Source of the DNA: Diplonema japonicum
Lineage: Eukaryota; Protista; Euglenozoa: Diplonemea
Direction: 5' to 3'
Assembly: GCA_964019335.1 (NCBI GenBank)
Contig: OZ025671.1
Coordinates: forward strand, 124,001 to 188,000
Length of the DNA: 64,000 nt
The notes under the pieces are model-generated. The model saw nothing but the letters and a program-made list of their open reading frames with translations. It was not told where the DNA came from and made no database searches. Positions 12,439-23,972 of this stretch are shown in pieces. The position numbers were made by a program, and so were the translations under genes. How positions within the stretch are numbered: the stretch's first letter is position 1; each line of letters begins with the position of its first letter.

Positions 12439-13833
12439 CCATCTACCAACGAGCGTCTTTATAAAGACGATTTGAAAAAAAATCTTTTGCGCAAAGGGCT
12501 TTCAATGCAATACAGCCCGGCCACTTCTCGCATCCGGGGTCCTGCGCGGAAAATATGAAAAATATAAACTAAATGCTGCCCTAACTTAACAAGAAAAAGA
12601 AAAAAGAAAAAAAAACGCCAGCCCAAATTTACCCTTAAAAATCACTTCAAAAAAGGGTGCCCAGAAAGAGGCCGGAAGAGGACATTATGAGTGATGGTAG
12701 CACTGATGGCTCATCCCTATTATGCAATTTTGGTACGGACAGTGATTCTGATACGAATTCGACCGATTCCGAGTCACAGCAGGGTGATTGGACGGCAAAG
12801 CCGGAGCAGTTGGAAGGCATCCGGTTTCGTGAAGATCGGAATCCTTGCGGACCCTGTTTTGACATCAGAGGCTCAACGCCATTCCATATATTCTCCCAAA
12901 TGCTCGCCCCAAACGTTATTTGGGTCATAATTTCGAACAATGTGGCAAATGCGGCTAAAAAAGGTGTTTCCCTGCCCAAGTCAAATTTGACGTGTCGGCC
13001 AAAAGAGAATGAAAGCCGGAAAGGACATCCCACTCCCCACCAAGTGCATATTTACAACACCGCAATGGGCGGAACCGACGCTGGGTGATGCTGTGACAAA
13101 ACGCCATAAACGCACCCTTATGACTTCGAAGTGGCCCCTGAAAGTATTTTCGTACTTGTTAGATAAATCTCTGGCAAATGCCCGGTTTGTTTGGAAAGAA
13201 GCATTGCCCCCCAACACCCTGAGTACGAACGACAGTGGATTCACACCTTTCAAAGAGGCAGTCATCGAAGGGCTACTAGGGAGGCTGCCCAAACAACAGC
13301 TAAAGTCAACTACAGAGCAGGCTGCCCCAATACCCCCCGAAACACAGAACGAGTGCCCTGAGACCCCAATGCGCCGCGACAGTACCTTCTGGGACCATTT
13401 CCCCGAAAAAGTAGCGCAACGTGCGGTGCAAGCATTGCAAGTCGAAAAACCCCTATTTCAGTGTTCAGCCCGCTTGGTACAACTTTGCGTGACTCCGTGC
13501 TTCAAAGACTACCACCTTGCCGGGGATACCCCCCAGAAACCCCTCTCGGGGCAAAAAAGAAGTCCCTGGGGCACGTACGAACCGCGTCAAGAAGGCCTTA
13601 AATAGGTTTTTATAGAATTTTACAGTCGATTTTTTTTGACTTGTTTTTTGTACCCCCTCTCGGGCACTTCAGGAACGATATTTTTGACAATGCTGTGGGC
13701 ACCCTCTCTCTAGAATTGGGACATCTGGAGGCATTTCCGGGGGCATACAGCCCCGGCGTTGCGCTAGAATAGTTTTTTTTGAAGTTTTGAAAATTTACCC
13801 CCTGGTGGGCAAAAATGGTCCGTTGGTAGATGG
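12439..13833 (+). mobile_element. piggyBac transposon, internally deleted
   Basis: TTAA|CCATCTACCAACG ... CGTTGGTAGATGG|TTAA; transposase remnants inside. Confidence 0.95.
12688..13605 (+). pseudogene. piggyBac transposase pseudogene
   Basis: TPFHIFSQML, YNTAMGGTD, KWPLKVFSYLLD..LANA and C-terminal LCVTPCFKDYH; frameshift near 13085; most of the catalytic core is missing. Confidence 0.9.
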
Positions 13834-14685
13834 TTAACAAAAAAAAAAAAAAAAAAAAAAAAAACTCATAGTAAAAGACAACCCCACTTGAGGACAGCCT
13901 CTTTGTGGTGTGAGTTCCTATCTATTAATGCTCCCCTTCTGGAGCATAGCCTTCGTTCCTATTGTCGCCTTTAAAGCTTTTTCGTAGTCTCGACACGCGT
14001 TCTTTCTTGTATGAATAAAAAAAAAAAACTATTGGGCTGTGAACCTAAAGGTACATAATTAACGCAACTCCCAATTGATCACAGGAGCTGGGGGTGCGTT
14101 GTTTTTGCTGTGACTATCTTCTTCTTTTTTTTTTTGGGATTTCTATTCCCTCCCCCTCGTCTCCCTCTCTAGCTGTTACAAGAGGAAAGAGGGGGAGGGG
14201 GAGGGAGGGGGGATGATAATTCTTTTTTTTTTGAAATCTTCTTTGCTTTCCACCCCCACTCCCCCCCCCGGCAGCGCAATGAAGAAAGGAAAATATGAAC
14301 TTAAAAAAATGAACAAAAGCAACAGACAGGCAAAAAGAAATCATCGACAGCTCGCAAAGGGATTTAAAATAAGGGGGAAGGGGGGGGGGGGGGTGAAGAT
14401 AGTGGGAAGCAGGAGGAAGATGGAAAAAAAAGTGGATCTTGCTTTATTCATTGGAAGTCTTCTCCCCGCAATGGGGATAGCAAAGTGTGGGGGGGTTTTG
14501 TGAAAAGGGTTCTTCTTTCTTCTTTTTTTTATTTCTAAATGATTTTCTCTTTTTCTTTCTTCCCCTCAAAAAAAAATCGACCCCCCCCCCCCCAATTCAA
14601 CATCGCCTTTTCTCTCTCTCTCTCTCCCCCCATGCTTTTGTACGTTCTTCCCATGCTACCGTTTTCCTGACAAACAAAAAACACG

Positions 14686-14930
14686 ATGATTCAAAGGAAG
14701 CCGGTGGGGGCACCCTGCACAAGCGTGTCCTTAATGCGTGCGGTGTGCACAACCCCAGCCGGGGCGCCCCGGGTAACCAAGATTCTGAGCCCGTGTAGTT
14801 TGCTGCCTGTTCGCCACCCAGAGCACCTGCTTCTTCCACTTGGGCGCTACCGGTGATGACCGACGGGGAGGTCAACAGCGAACAACACATCTGATGTACT
14901 TCTTTATATTTCCATGTTATCCCCACCACC
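14686..14930 (-). mobile_element. HDV-ribozyme-headed non-coding retroposon, copy A (5S-linked)
   Basis: Colinear with 47560-47893; shares the 3' tail with the 3189 and 7385 fragments. Confidence 0.85.
14798..14930 (-). ncRNA. HDV-like self-cleaving ribozyme
   Basis: P1 GGUGGUG/CAUCACC; P3 ACC/GGU; L3 UCCCCGUC; P1.1 CC/GG; P4 CGCCCA..UGGGUG; J4/2 GCGAA; imperfect P2 GCUGUUG/CAGGCAGC. Confidence 0.85.
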
Positions 14931-14937
14931 TGTTTAG

Positions 14938-15055
14938 AGGATACAGCACCAGGGCTTCCCACGTGATCACTCACCGCAGTACTAACCTGGCCTGCTGGTG
15001 CTTAACTTCCCAAATCAGGCGGGATGGGTGCATTCACCAGAGTATGGCCGTATCC
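14938..15055 (-). rRNA. 5S rRNA sequence (gene or retroposon head)
   Basis: GGATACGGCCATACT...GAAGTTAAGC...GGTTAGTACT...GTGGGAAGCCCTGGTGCTGTATCCT; 118 nt; terminal helix pairs; no oligo-T terminator follows. Confidence 0.95.
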
Positions 15056-15166
15056 TGAAACATATTTTTCTTTTTTTTTTTTTCTTCTTATTAACTCGCA
15101 TTTTCTTTTTTCTTTTTTCTTTTTTTAAATTCAGTTTTTTCTTCTTTTTTTTTTCCTTTTTTCTTC

Positions 15167-15979
15167 TTACGGTGGGGGTGGCTGGCTGTCCTTCCTACCT
15201 CCACCAGGTGTGATCCTCTGGCGCATAGGAACATGCATCAAAACCGTATCACCAAACTGATTCACCCGATCAGCCAGAGACTGCTTATGAGCATGAACAT
15301 GAAGAAGGGGACAGACTGGATCTGTACAGGAGTTCTGCTGAAAAGGAGCGCATCTTTGCGTGTTCGCAGGGGCCCTCCATTGCTCTTGACAGACCCTGCA
15401 CCTCAACATGATCTCACCCCGTTTAATCCTTACATTGTCCCACTCATTGTGAGTGCATGGTTTCGTGTCTGCCACTCTTCTCTGTCTCACTATCTGCTTC
15501 ATCTCTGTGGAGTCATCGGGTAGCAATGGAGGAGCACTGCAAATGGAAGCGTCGCTTTCATACCCATGCTGATCCTCCATGAAGGCTTCCTCCACTGAGT
15601 GTGCTGGGCTGTATAGCGCCAGGCGTGCGATTTTTCCTTTTGTTGTGAACTCGACCGAGATGATCTCTGTGCCGTCGTACCTCTTGCCGGTCCGCTTCAC
15701 AACGCTGCTGAGGTGTAGCTTGCAATACCCCACGGATCCCATGACTACGATGTCGGCTACCTCGTACCGTTTGAAGGTAAACGCATCACGGAAAGCAGAG
15801 AAGAATGCCACCGCACCCTTGTACCCTTTGTGGCTTCCCGCGTAAGGTATGTTGCTAAGAGGTGTCACCGACGCTGTCTCGATATGCACGTTTGATGCAA
15901 GGTATGAGGTCACACTGGGGACACCCTTGGAGAGCTCTGTGAGGAGGAGGAGTAGCATGCGACTGGGGTCTTCTTGAGG

Positions 15980-16044
<65 letters not shown>

Positions 16045-16273
16045 GCTGGATTTGTGTTTGTACAGGAGCCTGCTGCATCAGCACCGGTACGGCTTCGCGG
16101 GAGGGTGAAGCAAGAGCCAGCGGGCCCGGTCTTATTCCCTGTTGTTGTATACCTTGCTGCATGCTTTGTTGAGATACGTTAACAACCAGTGGGACTAGCA
16201 TAGGTTGCTGTCCTGTTGCTTGGCTGACCTGGCTAACTCCTTGGCTGTTCAGAGGCAGCATGTAACTCGCCAT
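15167..16273 (-). CDS. polyQ + SnoaL/NTF2-like domain + Cys/His zinc-finger protein
   Basis: 368 aa ORF; IPYAGSHKGYKGAVAFF SnoaL-like motif; CTHNEWD..LRCRVC and C..C..C..H motifs. Confidence 0.85.
15979..16048 (-). repeat. (CAA)n coding microsatellite (polyQ)
   Basis: (gtt)n run on the plus strand. Confidence 0.95.
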
Positions 16274-16951
16274 AATATTTTTTTTTTTCTTTTTTTTTTT
16301 CTTTTATAGATAGATGATTTTTTTTGTTGTATACGACTTTTTAAAAAAAAACAAAAAAAAGAAAGGAGTGGAAAAAACAAAAAAAAGAACAAAAAAAAAA
16401 AAAGAAAGCTTGACTCCCTGCCAATGACAAAAAGAAAATTGGAGGGAAGAGAAAAGAAAAAAAAAGAAGAAGAAAAAAAAGGAGGGGGGTAAAACTGTTT
16501 TTTTTTATACACCTCTCCTTTTTTTTCCCCTTCCTTTTTTCTTCCTCTTTTCCTCGGGCGGATGGGGCAGAATAATCTCTTTTCTATCTCTCACTCTTTT
16601 TTTTTTTAAATCATTTTCTTCTTTTTCTTTTTAAAAACTTTCAAAGAAGGACAGGCCCGCAATGGAGCTAGTTGGGCCGTGCGCTAATTATCTTGGAACT
16701 GAGAAGGAGATAAAGGGGGGAAGAAGAAAAAAAAAACAACAAAAAAAAAAGAAAGGCCAAAAACCTTTCTTCCTCTTTTCCTTTTTTTCCTTCGTTCCCT
16801 CATTTATCCATTTTTTTTTCTTTTTTGAAAAAAGAAACCCTGGCCGGGCCGCTTGGGGAGGTAAGGCGTCAAAACTGAAAAAGAAAATAAAAAATGAAAC
16901 AAAAAAAAAAGAAGGGAAAATACAAAAAAAAAAAAAAAAAAAAAAAAAGGC

Positions 16952-17278
16952 TCACTGCTTAACAAGCAGCTCCCCCATGGCCTTTGATGCCCACCCTGGA
17001 GCTGAGCTCTGCAAGTCTGCAGGGAGTTCGGGAATCGATGCTGAAGGTAGGCAAGCCATCATTTCCCGCATACTGTAGACCACTCTGCTTGACTCCAAAG
17101 CTCTCTTCCTGCTTGCTTGCTTGCCGTGTCGCTTCTTGTACTTAAGAAAGGCCTGTACCCCGGCAACATTCTTCATGGCGTGCTCCAAGAGGACCTTGTG
17201 GCGAATCTCAACAACAACAGCTTCCTGCTCCTCCTTGGGGAGGGCGGACGTGGGGAACAGGACAGACGATGCAGCCAT
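16952..17278 (-). CDS. hypothetical protein, 108 aa
   Basis: GC-rich ORF island; ATG follows an A tract as in neighbouring genes. Confidence 0.75.
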   Translation of the reverse strand: MAASSVLFPTSALPKEEQEAVVVEIRHKVLLEHAMKNVAGVQAFLKYKKRHGKQASRKRALESSRVVYSMREMMACLPSASIPELPADLQSSAPGWASKAMGELLVKQ

Positions 17279-17333
17279 TTTTTTTTTTTTTTTTTTTTCT
17301 TTTTTTTATAAATCCTATTAATTTTTTTTTCTC

Positions 17334-17373
<40 letters not shown>

Positions 17374-17387
17374 TGTAACTATCTAAA

Positions 17388-18827
17388 TTATGGTAGAGGC
17401 CCCCATTTTGCATCCCAACATTCCCTAAACGGTCGTTGGCTATTCTTGTTCTCCTCCAAAACATAAGGAACGAACCCGGGATGAGGGTTCGACGAAAAAT
17501 TCTTATTACGAATCTTCATACACGCCGTGCAGAGCGGGGGGTACATGTTCCCCCACACCTTCCAAGACTCAAAAACCCGCCTTTCCCTCCACGACTGATA
17601 CCTACGAAGCAACGCTGGCGACCCCAGAACACAGTTTAAGTACGAAACAAGGCTGGAAATCGAAGGAAAGTCCGACGCCTTCACAACACACCCCGTGGTA
17701 GGGAGAAAATTCTCTACATTAGGCGCACCAAGATAAATAGGAATGGACCCGGCCATCAATGGTTCGTACACCTTCTCAGTTACGTAATCAACAGAAACAC
17801 TGTTTTCAACGACTAATGAGAAAACGTAATTCGAACCAATACAAGCTTTGGCAGCCCCTTTTCGAGAAAGGTCTGCCCCGCGGCACCACGTCGCATCTTT
17901 TACAGAATGCGTGTTCATACACTTCCCATAACCGTGAACCGGGAATTTGTACTTTCGCATCATGAGCACAATGGCGTCCCGCCAGTGGGAAGTAAACTCA
18001 CAGTTCGACGCGAAAAAACACGCAGCGCGTACTTTCGACCCTCTTTTTTCAGATTCTCGCCGGTGCTTCTGTATCGCTGTGTTGGTGTGCTCGTCTCGAC
18101 ATATACCCCAATTGTAATAATTCAAGGGTATGTCCGTCCCCATAGGGTATGACACCGTTATGTCAAATGGGTCCCAGAAATTCTCTGAATAATCTTTTCC
18201 CAAGTACCTATGTTTGTATGATTTATTCAGCATTTTCCGGCGGCCTTCTAAGTTCTCGATGTTCCACGCGATCAGCACTTTCTTCAATTTGTTTTTTTTC
18301 CAGTCGTAAATGGGAATATCGTCTGCGTGCGATCTCGCGAGGTCGACGACGAACGCGTCGCTTTCTTCTACAGATTTCGTGTTTTTTCCCGTAATTATTT
18401 CGCAGGGTACTGGGCATGTAACTGGCAACTGTGTCATTCTGGGGACCTCCGCGGCCCATATTTTTACGGGTTTTTCATTGGGGTTTCTAAGTGGTGGTGA
18501 TGAGTAGCATGGCCATGTGTCGGTCCAGTTTTTTTCCTTGTGTTCGATATAGCTGTTTGTGAAGAACTGTTCGTGAGTTGTTAGTCGGTGTAGTTTGCCC
18601 TCTTCTCTTGTTGCTTTGTAAAAGCCCATGTCGGAAAAATTTCCCACTTTCAAGGTTGTAGTTGGGGGTTGTGTTGATGGATATGGTGTGTGTGGGCGAT
18701 GGGTGTTTATGCTGATGGTTGTAGCTTCCTCCTCGGCGAACTTGAACCTGCCGAAAACTGTTAAGTACGTCAAAACAGCACAGTTGGATGCTATTATGAT
18801 CTGTATGATTCGTGTTATCGCTTTCAT
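17388..18827 (-). CDS. alpha-1,3/4-fucosyltransferase (GT10)
   Basis: N-terminal TM anchor; YVFSLVVENSVSVDYVTEKVYEPLMAGSIPIYLG motif. Confidence 0.95.
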   Translation of the reverse strand: MKAITRIIQIIIASNCAVLTYLTVFGRFKFAEEEATTISINTHRPHTPYPSTQPPTTTLKVGNFSDMGFYKATREEGKLHRLTTHEQFFTNSYIEHKEKNWTDTWPCYSSPPLRNPNEKPVKIWAAEVPRMTQLPVTCPVPCEIITGKNTKSVEESDAFVVDLARSHADDIPIYDWKKNKLKKVLIAWNIENLEGRRKMLNKSYKHRYLGKDYSENFWDPFDITVSYPMGTDIPLNYYNWGICRDEHTNTAIQKHRRESEKRGSKVRAACFFASNCEFTSHWRDAIVLMMRKYKFPVHGYGKCMNTHSVKDATWCRGADLSRKGAAKACIGSNYVFSLVVENSVSVDYVTEKVYEPLMAGSIPIYLGAPNVENFLPTTGCVVKASDFPSISSLVSYLNCVLGSPALLRRYQSWRERRVFESWKVWGNMYPPLCTACMKIRNKNFSSNPHPGFVPYVLEENKNSQRPFRECWDAKWGPLP

Positions 18828-19681
18828 CTTTCTTTTTTTGCCATTCTTGTCTTTTTTTTTTTTATTGAGCGAAAAGAAAAAGAAAAGGAAGAAAAAAGAA
18901 AAAAAAGAAAAGTACGGTAATCATCTTTGGAGTAAGAGAGAAAACAAAAAAAATTTTCGGGGGGGAAAGGGGGTTATTCTTTTTTTTTGAATGGAAAAAG
19001 AAAAAAAGATTTTTAAAAAAAAAAAAAAAGCCGCAACTTAAAGTGTTTCAAGAGCTTTGCCAACAAAAAAAAAAATACACACAACAAAAAAAAAAAAAAA
19101 TAAATAATAAAGATGCCATGTTAAATCAAGAGACAGAGAAAAACTGCTTTTTTTCTAAATAAACGCTTTCCTTCATTTCTTCTTTTTTTTTGTTTTTGTT
19201 GTATTTATGAATAAAAAAAAATTATAAAAAAGAAAATGGAATGCAACTTCCAAATCTGCTCTCACATCTCACATTTCTCCAGACAAGAAACATAAATAAA
19301 TAAAAAGGGGGCTGTTTTATTAGACAAGAAAAATTGGAAGTGGGGAAAATGACTCTCCTGTTCCCCTTTAAAAAAAGTTAGAGGGCCGAGAGTAGAAAAA
19401 AAAAAAAAAAAAAGGGAAACACACTGTGGCTAAACTTCTTTTTTTTTTTTTTTTTTTTTCCCGTAATCTTTTTTTTTTTCTCCTTTTTTTTTTTCCTCCG
19501 TGTTCTTCAAAAAAGGGTTGAGGGTGGGGGCAACCAAGAACTGCACTCATGGGTACAGCACCAACAGGGGAACTTTTTTTTTTTTTTTTTTTGGAACAGT
19601 TTTTTTTTTTCTTTTTTTTTTTCTTCCCCTCCCCATTCTCTTCCTTCTCTTCGCGTCACTTGTTCAATCAACTCAATCTAA

Positions 19682-19845
19682 CTATTCGGCTTCGTGGCAG
19701 TGGACGAATGAGTCAATCTTCATTTTAGCACCTGTGTGTATGTTCCCCCCCCCCCTCTTTTTTTTGAAAAAAAATCTGTTCAATACCAATAGTGGCAGCA
19801 ACTGCGTTCAGACCAGCAACGACCTCCTCCTTGCCAAGCTGTGTT

Positions 19846-19900
<55 letters not shown>

Positions 19901-19974
19901 ACAAAACATACATCCCCAGGAGTATCGAGCACAAGACGGAGCTGGAACATTGGCGGACCGCCAAGGGGCGCGGC

Positions 19975-20007
<33 letters not shown>

Positions 20008-20657
20008 CCAATACCCATCTCAGAAGCCATGTTCATGATGAAAGCATTGCGCTTTTGGAGGTATTTCGTGATTGATGAGATGATGCCAGGGGAGTTCTCG
20101 CCTGTGATTCTGAGAACCTTGGCCACCCTGCCCGGGCCTACTGTGTTCGAGTCGTCGGTGGTGGAAGAGGCGTCATGTACCCAGGTCTTCACATCGGGAA
20201 TCGCAAGTAGTTCTTCCTTCATTTTTTCCGCGGCTTTTCTCTCAGTGGTTCTGATGTGGATCATCATCGAGAAGTCCCCCCCAAGGAGCGTGGCTCGTGA
20301 GGCCAGAATCTCCATTCCATTGTCAGAGACAATGGACGCCACCTGCGCCAACATCCCAAGCCGCTCAGGGCCCGTTGTGTGGACGATGTAGTAGTTGAAC
20401 TCTTTCTTTTCCTTGTTCCTCTTCTTCTCTTCCACCTCCTCCTGTAGCATGGCGAGCGCGTTCTTCAGCTGCTCCATTCCTTTGGACGATTCGCCGCTTT
20501 TACCAATCTTTTTTTTTTTTTTTTTTTTTATATATATAAACATTACCTTTTTAATAGTATCTTGTAACTCCTCTATGCTCATCGATGCGTTACCTCTGCT
20601 CTGCACTGCTCCCATACTGCACCCCATGGTTCTTCTTGTTATAGCACGTCGGAACAT
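19682..20657 (-). CDS. tandem ACT-domain protein (GcvR-like), probable mitochondrial presequence, 4 introns
   Basis: TGPERLGMLA and GENSPGIIS ACT motifs; introns 20508-20546, ~19977-20014, ~19840-19910 and ~19732-19786 restore ...AAPLGGPPMFQL...IGAKMKIDSFVHCHEAE*. Confidence 0.85.
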
Positions 20658-20840
20658 TTTTCTTTTTTTTCCCCCTCTATTGTTTTATTCGGGATGTGGT
20701 ATTTTTGAATTTTAAAAAAAAAAGGGGGGGGGAGGGGAAAGAGGGAGGGGGATCTTCCACGTGAACCTCATGGGAGAATGAAAAGGCGCGTCAGAAGTGA
20801 GAAATATAAAGGAGGGTAAAAAAAAAAAAGAGAAAAAAAG

Positions 20841-20967
20841 AGGAACTGACACCGTTTGTACGTGCCGTGCGGGGTAGAAAAAACCTGTGAGAAAAAAAGT
20901 GACAACGGTGTTCTCATTTTCATTTTTTTTTCTTTTTTTTGCTGAGACAAAGTCAAAGCTCGTTCTT

Positions 20968-20970
<3 letters not shown>
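20841..20970. repeat. family R1 copy
   Basis: aggaactg...gtttgtacgt...agacaaagtcaaagctcgttcttgc. Confidence 0.65.
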
Positions 20971-21003
<33 letters not shown>

Positions 21004-21062
21004 ACCGAGGTATAAAAAAAGTAGGGAAAAAAAAAGGTTGAGGGGATAAAAAAAAATCTACC

Positions 21063-21584
21063 CCCCTAAACGCCCGCGCGGACGTTTTTGTCCTTATTTC
21101 AAAATTTGCTTTTTCGCTAAGTACTTTTTTTTGAACACGGCCCCTGGACTTCAAAATATGGCATTGTAGCGCAGTTTATTTTGTCTCGGAACTACATTTT
21201 GCGTTAAAAGTTTTGTTTTAATTGAAACCGGCAGGGTTGGCTTAAAATGAAATCAGATGGTCAAAATAGCAGCGAAAACGTGAGTCTCCCCCGACTGGTC
21301 AGATAGAATTCAGGGCACCAAATAGGGCTGAATGCTGCCCTATTTGGCCCATCCATAACTCCACGGACCCCCCACGACAAGACCCCCCAAAATCAGACAT
21401 AAAAAGTACCCCCTCAACCCCCCTCTTACACACATAGTTAAGTGTTCTCATCTGAATCTGGCACCTGGAATTGAAAATTTTAGTACCGTTTACCCTTTCC
21501 TTGCACTTTCCTATGGTTGCATGCTGCCCTTTTTTTGAGTATTCAAAGCAACAACGAAAATGGGGGGCTCCGGGCGTTTAGGGG
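21063..21584. mobile_element. MITE (~520 bp)
   Basis: Perfect 14-bp TIRs cccctaaacgcccg / cgggcgtttagggg; ctac near both flanks; no ORF. Confidence 0.85.
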
Positions 21585-21645
21585 CTACTAAAAAAAAAAA
21601 AAAAAAAAAAATAAAAAAAAAAAAAAACCGTTGCCTCCCAATATT

Positions 21646-23876
21646 CTATTTGTAGTTAAACTTCAATTTTACCAAGAATCTGGTCTTGATCTGAGAGACA
21701 TTGTACACAATGTACTCATTGTACAAGAGATCGGATTTCCTAGTGTGTTTTTTTTTTTTTTTTTTTTTTTTTTCCCTCCATACCCAACGCCAGAATCGCC
21801 CATCTTTGCACGAGGCCACAGTGTACCGTCAGCGTCAGGAATCCTCCCTTTCGGCTCGGACTTTCCGACACCCATGGTCGAGTCGTAACCCTTTGGCGGT
21901 TTGTCCATGTACTTTGCCGACGTCAGCTTGTGGATCTTCCCCATCGCTACCTCATTTATGGTCATCAAACCAACATTATTCTGCTTCGAGGTGTGGCAAT
22001 AATTCCCGCTCTTGGTAGCGACGTCAGCAAAGTAAACACCCTTACCGAACATGTACCCGGTAACAGGTGCTTCGGGTGGTGCGATACGAAGACCTTGCGA
22101 CAGGATCCCCATCCAGTTGGACATTCTACTCCCGTGCCACAACATCACCCTGTTGTCGGACTTCTTAAATGGTTGGTACCGCTGTTCTTCGCCTTCTCGG
22201 ATTATTTCAAAGACATCCTGGAGCTCCAAGACGTATGCTGTGTGTGTCTTACCGTGGGTGTTCGCTACATATTCCTCAACGTTTTTCCAGTCTTCGCTGT
22301 CTTTTGGAAGAGGTCGCATCTTGAGGTTCATTCCTTCATACGCCGCGTCGAGGGGGTGAACCTTTGATTGTTTCACTTGTTTTAGGATCTTGTCGGCAAT
22401 TTCCAAATCGCTTAGCGTGTCCAACAGTTCCATTTTCTCCTTCACAGTAGGGATGTCTGTAATCATCGTTATCTTGCACATGCCCACATTGTGCGGGACC
22501 AGTGTGAAGAACATGTTGTTCGCCTCGTCGAGAACCGTTTTCGTTCGGTTTTTCTTGTCTTTTTTCAGCTCGGCTTCTATTTTTTTCAAATACCCGAAAG
22601 CTTTTTTGATCTGCCCCTTCGAGATCTTCCCCAAAGGCATTTGCTCCGTGTCGATCTCGAGCTCCTTCAACGTTTGAACCATCGCTTTCTTGTCAGATAT
22701 CAACTCCATCACCTTTCGGACTCTTAACGGAAGCTTTGAATCAGGTATTTTCGCGTCGAGCGACATGGCATCGCTGTCGTCACCATCATCGTCGCTCTGC
22801 TTGTCGTTTTCACCGAGTTCCATGTCCATCAACATGTACTTTCCGGTTACTTTTTTAAAGTCTTTTCTGGATTCCCATGAGTTTGATGTTTTTGATCTGA
22901 ATTGAGATTTGAACGCTGACTTCGCGGCTTCTATTGAGGATTGTGCTTTGAGCTGCGTGTTGCCGGGGACGCCGACTCTGCCCCACCTTGTGAACAACCA
23001 CCATGCCTTCCCCTTGTCGGACTCCAGTAGTTGTATCACGTAGAACTTGTTGTTATTGGCGGTTGTGATGTTCGTCTGGTTCAGCGTGCACTGGTACACG
23101 TCATCACCTTCTTCGTAGACATGGCAGTCGTCGACCTTTAAAGACATCGGGTCCACCACCCCACGCCCCTTTTTGAGAAGCTTTGTAGTGTTTCCCTTTG
23201 GCTTTTCCGATTTCTTTTTGTCCGATTTCGCTGACTTTGCCTTTTTGGCCTTCGGGATGTCAGAGTCGGAGTCGGAGTCGCTGTGTGGTCGTTTGCTGCC
23301 TGCTTTTTTCTTCTTGGTGGATTTGCTCACAGGCGGTGCGTCTTCCTGGCTCTCGTCGTCGCTGGCGTGGTTTTTCTTTTGGGACTTGTGTGGTGCGGAA
23401 GATTTTGTTGTCGCTTCGGACTTCAGGACCCTTCGGATCTTCCTCTTCGTGCCTGAGGACTCGTTGAGCTGCGTCATCTTTGAGATGTTGAAGACGTATG
23501 CCGTGCCCTTCCGCTTCCATGTGTACGACCTGTGTTTCCCTTCTTTCCCGAACGCCTCGTCTAGTTTTGTTCCCAACTCGTCGCCCATTACCACCCATCC
23601 GTGGTCTCCTCTGTACTCCCACTGGTACACTTCTTCTTCTGTGTTGTCGTCGCTCTCTTCTTCGCTGTCGTTGCTTTCTGCAATCCTCCTCAGCTTGTGC
23701 ACTTGCCCTCCGACGTGCTGTTTCATTGCCTTGAAGTTGAACTTGCAGTCCTTGCCTTTTATTTTGAACTCGTGCACTTCCGCCCCCTCGCTGTGCCGTG
23801 CCTCTATCATCCTGCTGTAGGCTGCCCCGAACGCCACCCACGAGTCTCCATCTTTGTGGTACCACGTCGCCGGCAT
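21646..23876 (-). CDS. poly(ADP-ribose) polymerase (2x WWE, WGR, regulatory and catalytic domains)
   Basis: [24 protein letters not shown]; intron 21740-21783 restores [10 protein letters not shown]...FNYK*. Confidence 0.95.
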
Positions 23877-23972
23877 TGTCACCTGTTTGGCTGATAAGTG
23901 GAGTGCGGTGATTTATGAAAAGAGAGCCCACGCACGGGAAAGACAAAACAACTGGATACAATACAGTTACAA

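Noticed and set aside
14931-15166. Spliced-leader RNA gene linked to 5S
   Set aside because: No SL exon-like sequence recognised on either side of the 5S
19840-21783. Poly-lysine tracts or programmed frameshifts in the ACT and PARP ORFs
   Set aside because: Explained by short GT-AG introns whose removal restores conserved motifs
23877-23972. Intron fusing the coiled-coil gene to PARP
   Set aside because: The available GT..AG join gives an immediate in-frame stop (AAG TGA); better read as an intergenic acceptor
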